Assembly (NCBI GenBank): GCA_951406725.2
Contig: OX597818.1
Span: 130,324,001 to 130,388,000, forward strand
Direction of reading: 5' to 3'
Source of the DNA: Octopus vulgaris
Lineage: Eukaryota
DNA: 64,000 bases
The position numbers and the translations under genes were made by a program. This document shows, piece after piece, positions 55,881-64,000 of this stretch; position 1 is the first letter of the stretch, and every line of letters starts with the position of its first letter. The notes beneath the pieces are model-generated. The model made no database searches, was not told where the DNA came from, and worked only from the letters and a program-made list of their open reading frames with translations.

Positions 55881-55888
<8 letters not shown>
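55212..55888. mobile_element. Fold-back element, ccaaacttacaggg family, diverged copy with hammerhead
   Basis: Inverted arms (taattaagagaaataacctctattaagcaattcaat / attgaattgcttaattgagtttatttctcttaatta), internal perfect 46-bp palindrome 55526-55571, flanked by (TAA)n and (TA)n. Confidence 0.65.
55678..55756 (+). ncRNA. Degenerate type I hammerhead motif with long stem II
   Basis: gac-CTGAAGA-gtggctatat...atatagtcac-GAAA-agtggc-ATA-gtc; stem II of 10 bp or more, 3-bp stem I, stem III degraded. Confidence 0.55.
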
Positions 55889-55940
<52 letters not shown>

Positions 55941-56611
55941 AACATAAATCATTACATGCCTATAGCTACAAAGCCTAGAAATTATAATTGATAACATATA
56001 GAAAATAGAGGAGTGTCAGCAAAATAAACATTTCCACAAAAGAAAAAAGGAAAAAATTATATAGCATAAAAACCACAGAATACTAAAATGAATTTGTAGA
56101 CTAAATGCATTTGCTGCAGGATATTTCCTGGCTCAAAGTTTTTTTCTATTGACTATGTATGCAAAAATACATTGAGTCAAACCACAAATACTGTCAGTAC
56201 ACTACTAGACATGATTTCACCTCCTCAGTTGTAGTAAACACCTCAGTGATTTAGAGCCAGGCCAGAACACATGTTCCTATACATAGAAAACAGTAAGCAG
56301 TACATTTGTCATGTTTTTGGCACAGCTATGTTTCAAAAGCAATGTTTTTTTGTGAGACAAATCTTAAATGAATCCTTAATTCTTGCATATATGAGTATGT
56401 TAAAAACAAGTGTTCACATCTTTGTTATAATCTTTGCTGCTCCATATGCTTCCACAAAATTAATTTCAATTTAGCAAGACTCAGCACATAGCATCAAATA
56501 CATTTTCTGTTGTTTACTATAGATAGGAACAGAAGTTTGCTTGTCTCTTCCTTTCTTCATAATCTTATGCATTTTATTTGTGAAATTTTTATCTATCTAT
56601 CTATATGTATC

Positions 56612-56687
<76 letters not shown>

Positions 56688-57028
56688 CATATATACACAT
56701 ATACATATATATGTGTCTGTGTTTATGAGTAAGAGAGAGAGGTGTATGATATAGGAATGCAAAGAAGCAAATGTCATGTCACAGCAAATGCAACCTTTTA
56801 ATCAATTTGAAATCTTAGTTGGAGCCAATTCAACAGTAACATACCTTACAGCAAAGTACGCAATATTTATGTAACATTATGTAATATTTTTCATTTACCT
56901 TTTATCTATGGAATAAATCAATATATGCTTGTTTGTGTGTTCGTGCACACACATGTGTGTTTCTAGTCACTTAACAGCAACAGAATGAAGCTAAAGATTC
57001 AAAGAAATGAATGTGAATAAACATATAA

Positions 57029-57174
<146 letters not shown>

Positions 57175-57356
57175 GTATATATGCATGGAACATGAGTACA
57201 CACACATACATATATCTGTATGTATACATTCGTACATACATACATATATACATACATACATATACATACATACACACATACATACATATGTTTAACCAGT
57301 GAATTGAATGTTTTACACCCCTTAGAAGGAATAATTTTTTTCCTTCATTTGTTATA

Positions 57357-57390
<34 letters not shown>

Positions 57391-57755
57391 GTGTATCATT
57401 ACATCATGCCATTTTTAAATAGTTATATCTATTCAAGTATGTATAATGTGCATGTATGTCTCATGGATGCACATGTGTGTGATATTCTTTAATATGGATG
57501 CCTAATGGAAAAAAATATATGCATTTAAATTTACCATATATACATATATGTACACACACACGCTCACACACATACTCACACACATATATACATACATATG
57601 TGCACACATACACATGTTCACACATACACTCATATTGATGGATCTGACATATGCAATGTAGTGAGTTGGAATACTTCAATCAGCTGAGATTAGCAACCAG
57701 TAGACAAGATTTCTCCAGAGGGTATTAAATTTCTAAAAGTATTAAGCAATATATA

Positions 57756-59018
57756 TCAGACTGAGTAAAAATTAAGCAACGTTTTGAAACATGAAATTGA
57801 TCACCATATATTTCAACAATGCAGAAATTTTATTCATTGAAGTAATTACCATTACAATAAACACATTTTTGCCAATGAGTTCCAAGTTTGTTTATTCTGG
57901 TAACATGAAAATCTGGAGTTCTGGAGCTGATGAACTCTTTGAAAACATTTTCAGCATCAGTTTGATTTTCGAACTCCTTCCCTCACAGGAAACCATCAAG
58001 GGGCTTGAAAAAGTGGTAGTCAGTAGGGCAAAGCTCTGGGGAGTAAGCTGGGTGGGGAAGAACTTCGTAGCCAAGTTTCCTCAACTTCTGGAGAATCATT
58101 AGTGAAATGTGTGGTCAAGCATTGTCATGAAGAATGATGGGGCCTCTGATATGGAGGAGCAGTTTTTCGTTCAATTTGGCAACTTCAGAGCAATATGTTT
58201 CTGCAGTAATGGTTTTACCAAGTTTTAAGAAGTTATAGTGGATCAGTCCAGTAGTTCACCACCAAACAGTCACCATAACCTTCTTTTTGAAGAGCTCGGG
58301 TTTAGGGAAGGTTTGCAGTACTTCATTTTGGTTCCACTGTTGCAAAGAACGTTTTTATTATTGTACAGAATCCACTTTACATCACAAGTTACAATATGGT
58401 TAAGAAATGAATTGGTCTAGTTATGGAGAAGAAGCAATGATTGAATTTCATATCTGCGCATTTTCTGATTTTCATTCAAATCCTGTGGTACCCATTTGCC
58501 AAGCAGTTTTGGTTTTCTGATCATATGCAAATGGTTGAAGGCAGTTTTCTGGCTAACTTGAAGTCTTTTGCTAGTTCTCGGGTGGTTTTACATGGATCTT
58601 TCTCAATGACAGTCTTTAATTGACCATAATCAATGACAGATGGGCGTCCACTATGCTCATGATCTTCAAGGCTCAGGTCTCCACTGCAAAATTGTTTAAG
58701 CTATTTTCAAGCTGATCACTCACTGGGCATTTCCTCACCAAACGTTTCATTGATATTGCAAGCAGTTTCAGCTGCTTTACATCCTTTCTTGAAGTTGAAT
58801 AGCAAAATTGCTCAAACATTGTGCTTTGACAGTTCCATTTCAGATGTTTATAACAATTCAGAAAAATATCACTGTTAATTTAGTGGTGTATTTGGGCAAG
58901 TCTATGTCTGTATTATCAGACAATTGCAGAAAAAATGTTTGAAAAAATTTGAAACTCTGCAAAATCCAAGACAAATTCTTCATGGTTCAAAATGTTGCTT
59001 ACTCTTTACTCAACCAGA
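57756..59018 (-). mobile_element. Full-length decayed mariner (D,D34D) transposon
   Basis: Imperfect TIRs (tcagactgagtaaaaattaagcaacgttttgaa / ttcaaaatgttgcttactctttactcaaccaga) with TA flanks; minus-strand motifs IVTCD, KKVMVTVW, ILHDNA*PH, EVLPHPAYSPELCPTDYHF; interrupted by stops and frameshifts. Confidence 0.85.
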
Positions 59019-60328
59019 TATAAACATGCATGTGTGCATGGCATGTACGTTTGTGTTGTATACATATATATATATATATATATATGTATATGTATATGTG
59101 TGTATATATATATATAAATATGTATATATATATATAAATATATGTATATGTATATATATATAAATATATATGTATATGTATGTATATAACATAGTTGCCT
59201 ATCTATATAATATACAAAATATGTATATATAAATTTTTATGTATTTATGTAATATCCAGACATAGCTGGGAGTTAAAAAATTTTTCTTCCCACCATATGA
59301 TCTTTGGTTCCATCTTACAGAACAACACCTTGGACAAGTATCTCCTTCTACTATAGGCCTATGCAGATCAAAGCCTAGTGAGTGGATTTGATACACAGAA
59401 ACTGAGAGTTGTACATGCAGTGATAAAATAGGGATGGTGGAGTTGTTATGAAGATATCCAGTACCAGAATCAAAGTTAAGACTATTCTAGAAAAGCTTTG
59501 GTGTCCATTATCCTAGACTATGTATGTTACCTTAGCGCATTCAAATTATTCAACAGTAGTAGCATTAAGTTATCTTAGCTATTGGATAGAAGACAGGACA
59601 AATTATCAAAATATAACTATTTTTGACTTAAGATTTTAATAAAGAACACAAAAATGGAATTGATTTAGAGATCATATTTAAAATACAAAAAGGTGTTCCT
59701 TATGGAATTGGGACATTTCATCTAAAGTTCATCTGATTTGTTAATAATTTTATTTGAACATTTAAAAAGTTTCAATTATTCCTTGCAGCAGAGGTTACAC
59801 AATTATCAGTTGCTAAAGTAAGGCTTAGCATGTTTCACAATACTCCAGGTAATATGGAAGACAACATTATTATCCTTTAACTCCCAGATTTTTGCAGCAA
59901 GTGAAGTAGTTTTAACCTTATTCCTTCCTTAAAGGGTGTGAGTGTTGCTATGTGATCTCAGTTTGAAGAGGAAGGAGGTAGAACCTAGACAGGTTAAAGT
60001 ACTCTGGTTAGTGTAAATCATACATTTGTAAATAATACTTTTAGCTAGGCCCCTATTATTAAGAGGGCACTAAAATTTATTTCTACAATTACATAGTTTT
60101 GATGGCAGAGTAGTAGGGCTATTACAAGTACAGGTAATTGGGTTATTATGTTGCAGATAGTTAGCATCACTAGAATTACTAGTGTGGTTAAGCCTACCAA
60201 TTCTACAAGCACCATTGAAGAAATATAACTGTTATCATTAGTACAGTTGCTGTAATTGTTATTATTTATATAAGAATCACTGTGGTCACTATCAATAGTA
60301 TTACCATCAGCATTACAAATATGAGCAC

Positions 60329-60373
<45 letters not shown>

Positions 60374-60404
60374 TATTATTATTATTATCATTATTATTAT
60401 TATG

Positions 60405-60612
60405 GTTGTGGTGAGCTGGCAGAATTGTTAACATGCTGGATGAAATGTTTTACAGTATTTCACTTGTTGCTACGTTTTGAGTTCAAATTCTACCGAGGTT
60501 GCCTTTGCCTTTCACCTTTTCAGGGTTGATAAATTAAGTACCAGTGACACATTGGGATCGATGTAATCAACCCCAGAATTTCAGGGCCTTGTGCCTTTTA
60601 GTAGAAAGGATT
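60405..60612 (+). mobile_element. SINE family B
   Basis: Head and core, flanked by (ATT)n. Confidence 0.8.
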
Positions 60613-61006
60613 AGTATTATTATTATTATTATTATTAGTGGTGGTATTGGAGCTAATAAAATGTCATTGTTGTCTTTTGCATGAATACTATTGATAATAT
60701 TGTTACCAGTACATCTTTTTTTTTATGACTTCCTATGTTATTATTGATAGTCATATATGTGTCAGATTCCAGTGTTGCACTGATAGCATGACTAGCAGTT
60801 GTACTTAGATTATTGCCTGGAATTGACAACTGTTCCATTTACAGTCTCCTTGTGTAGACTACCCAATATCTGAGATGAATAGGTAGGGTTGGACTTTGTT
60901 ACACCTATATTAAAGTCAACATTATTATTACTATTATTACAGAAAAAGATACTGTTAATCATGTGTCTGTTGATAGCCATTATCTTATTGGTTAGATTTG
61001 GTGTTG

Positions 61007-61070
61007 TGAAATTGAAAGTTTAATTTTATACTAATTATATAATTAGTATAAAATTAAACTTTCAATTTCA
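61007..61070. repeat. Perfect 64-bp palindrome
   Basis: tgaaattgaaagtttaattttatactaattat|ataattagtataaaattaaactttcaatttca. Confidence 0.95.
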
Positions 61071-61179
61071 GTTTCAATACAACTATACTTATTAAGAGGA
61101 AAATATTTTTGTGAAATACTAAAAATTTTCTTGGCAAGTTGCATAACAATATAGTAGCCATAATGTCACTACTACTACT

Positions 61180-61565
61180 ACATCATCATCATCATCATCA
61201 TCATCATCATTTAAGGTCTGTTTTCCATGCAGGTGTGGGATGGACATTTTGACCAGGGCTAGCAAGCTATGGGCTGCACCAGGCTCCAGTCTGATTTGGC
61301 ATGTTTTCTATGGCTTATTCCCTTCCTAATACCAACCACTCTGAGATTGTAACGGGTGCTTTTACGTGCTACTGGCATGGGTGCCAGTCACCTGACACCA
61401 GTATCTGCCATGACAATGATTTCCCTTGGCTTGATGGGTCTTCTTCTCAAGCACCGTATATTGCTAAAGGTCTCAGTCATTTGTCATTGCCCCCATGAAG
61501 CCCAGCACTCGAAAGGTGATTTTTACACACCACCTGCACAGGTGCCAGTTATCTGACACCAGCAT
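61180..61565 (-). mobile_element. RTE-associated 3' UTR fragment
   Basis: (cat)n followed by homology to 9386-9800. Confidence 0.75.
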
Positions 61566-61589
61566 AAAACTACCTAAAATACAGAGTAG

Positions 61590-62243
61590 ATAAAACACCA
61601 GAAAGTGATAAATGCAGAATCTGTGGACAAAATGGTGAAACCTTATGCATATTACCAGCCAATATAAGCCATTAGTCTCAGAAGAATATAAGAGATGCCA
61701 TGACAATATAGTAAGGCTTGTCCATTGGACACTTTGCAACAAGTATGGACTTGACAGAGAAAAAAATTAGTATGTCCACAATCCCGAAGGCATCATCGAA
61801 AATGATAATGCAAAGATCCCGTGGGATTTTATGATTCAGTGCAACCAAGAGATAGAGAATAGGAAGCCAGACATAAATGCAAACTATGCTGGATCATAGA
61901 TATAGCATGCCCAGCTGACAACAAGGTATGCAATAAGGAAGAAAGAAAAGTCAATAGATATGACGGGTTAGCTTGGGAGTTAAAGCAATTGTGATCAATG
62001 AAAAAGCTGGTAGTGGTAACAATAATTGTCGGAGCCCTGGGAACAGCGAGTAAAAACCTTGAAAAGTACATGTAACAAACAGGGGCTGCAATAAGGATGG
62101 AGCACTTGCAGAAAATATCACTGCTTGGAACCGCTCAAATACTCTGGAAGGTGCTCGAAAAATAAGAGGTGTTACCCTAGTCCACTGGTAGTGAACAGCT
62201 GACACCATAGTACATCTCCAGCTGTGCAAAGACAATACTAATA

Positions 62244-62290
<47 letters not shown>
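61590..62290 (+). mobile_element. R4/Dong-clade (RLE) LINE 3' fragment with (TAA)n tail
   Basis: Hand translation: CRICGQNGET / HI...YKRCHD...HWTLC...WDFMIQ...NRKPDI (CCHC knuckle plus restriction-like endonuclease), then IIVGALG; stops and frameshifts present; (taa)n at about 62240-62290. Confidence 0.8.
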
Positions 62291-62293
<3 letters not shown>

Positions 62294-64000
62294 TGAGCAA
62301 TCAGTAGATAAACATAAATGATAAATAATATTAAATGTAATGATGGGAGAGGTAAAAAGAGTTTTTCTTTCATTTCTGTTTCTGTTGCTATACTTCTCAG
62401 TGACTTGATGTTGTATTTTTTCTTTATCTTTTTCTTGTCCTTTCATAGACTTGATGTCAGTGGTAGCATCCTTCATAGCCTCGTGTGCCTGCAATACAAT
62501 CACAACTTCCTCCACTTTACACTGCAACAACTCATGAGAGTCTATTAAAGGTAACAGCACAGCCTCTTCAAGCTCCAACAACATACCAGTGATCTTGCCA
62601 GCCTTATCTGGATACATATTATGAATCAGTGGAAAGAGAGTCTCACCAAACACTTGTTTCTGTTCTTGTGGGGCAATTGCTCCTATCATACTGGAGCTAA
62701 GCAGTTCTTGTCCTTCAGTAGTCTTGATGTCAGTGGTAGCATCTTTCATAGCCTCATGTGCCTGCAATACAATCACAACTTCCTCCACTTTACCCTGCAA
62801 CAACTCATGAGAGTCTATTAAAGGTAACAGCACAGCCTCTTCAAGCTCCAACAACATACCAGTGATCTTGCCAGCCTTATCTGGATACATATTATGAATC
62901 AATGGAAAGAGAGTCTCACCAAGCACTTGTTTCTGTTCTTGTGGGGCAATTGCTCCTATCATACTGGAGCCAAGCAGTTTTTGTCCTTTAATATTCTTGA
63001 TGTCAGTGGTAGCATCCGTCATAGCCTCGTGTGCCTGCAATACAATCACAACTTCCTCCACTTTTCCCTGCAACAACTCATGAGAGTCTATTAAAGGTAA
63101 CAGCTCAGCCTCTTCAAGCTCCAACAACATACCAGTGATCTTGCCAGCCTTATCTGGATACATATTATGAATCAATGGAAAGAGAGTCTCACCAAGCACT
63201 TGTTTCTGTTCTTGTGGGGCAATTGCTCCTATCATACTGGAGCTAAGCAGTTTTTGTCCTTTAATATTCTTGATGTCAGTGGTAGCATCCGTCATAGCCT
63301 CATGTGCCTGCAATACAATCACAACTTCCTCCAATTTTCCCTGCAACAACTCATGAGAGTCTATTAAAGGTAACAGCTCAGCCTCTTCAAGCTCCAACAA
63401 CATACCAGTGATCTTGCCAGCCTTATCTGGATACATATTATGAATCAATGGAAAGAGAGTCTCACCGAGCACTTGTTTCTGTTCTTGTGGGGCAATTGCT
63501 CCTATCATACTGGAGCTAAGCAGTTCTTGTCCTTCAGTAATCTTGATGTCAGTGGTAGCATCTTTCATAGCCTCATGTGCCTGCAATACAATCACAACTT
63601 CCTCCAATTTTCCCTGCAACAACTCATGAGAGTCTATTAAAGGTAATAGCTCAGCCTCTTCAAGCTCCAACAACATACCAGTGATCTTGCGAGCCTTATC
63701 TGGATACATATTATGAATCAATGGAAAGAGAGACTCACCAAGCACTTGTTTCTGTTCTTGTGGGGCAATTGCTCCTATCATACTGGAGCTAAGCAGTTCT
63801 TGTCCTTCAGTAGTCTTGATGTCAGTGGTAGCATCCTTCATAGCCTCATGTGCCTGCAATACAATCACAACTTCCTCCACTTTTCTCTGCAACAACTCAT
63901 GAGAGTCTATTAAAGGTAACAGCTCAGCCTCTTCAAGCTCCAACAACATACCAGTGATCTCACCAGCCTTATCTGGATACATATTATGAATCAATGGAAA
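62177..64000 (-). CDS. Tandem MLLE (PABC) domain repeat protein, partial; 5' end outside window, true 3' end uncertain
   Basis: Stop-free frame to the window edge. Repeated unit [77 protein letters not shown] matches the PABP C-terminal MLLE signature (QKQxLGExLFPLI...[10 protein letters not shown]...VLQAH). Five complete units plus one cut by the edge; no RRM visible. Below about 62390 the frame runs into non-repeat sequence, then (TTA)n and LINE sequence, and may not be truly coding. Confidence 0.9.
62441..64000 (-). repeat. 273-bp coding tandem array (units 62441-62713, 62714-62986, 62987-63259, 63260-63532, 63533-63805, 63806-edge)
   Basis: Constant 273-bp period, also shown by antisense 66-aa ORFs recurring at 62621, 62894, 63167, 63440, 63713; substitutions only, no indels. 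Confidence 0.97.

Noticed and set aside
62621-63913. Five repeated plus-strand 66-aa ORFs
   Set aside because: Antisense shadows of the MLLE array.
62177-64000. Calling the ORF canonical PABPC1 or UBR5
   Set aside because: No RRM or HECT domain visible and multiple MLLE copies; no gene symbol assigned.

Overview
AT-rich, microsatellite-saturated eukaryotic DNA. The tRNA-derived SINE families and (TA)n/(TACA)n load resemble an octopod cephalopod genome (inference). Most ORFs in the track are microsatellite artefacts. The one convincing host coding region is an intron-less minus-strand ORF at the right edge (62177-64000, open beyond the window). It consists of at least six near-identical tandem 91-aa MLLE/PABC domains (273-bp units), an architecture unlike canonical PABP or UBR5. 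The second theme is a set of fold-back elements in (TA)n tracts carrying minimal type I hammerhead ribozyme cores like those of Penelope-like elements; the best are 54268-54323, the pair at 8839-8976, and 55678-55756. The rest is transposon debris: two independent solo LTRs of one family, RTE, CR1 and R4/Dong LINE 3' ends, decayed mariners, non-autonomous Helitrons, piggyBac/pogo-type MITEs and many SINEs. All calls were made by eye with no database searches; boundaries of degenerate repeats are approximate.
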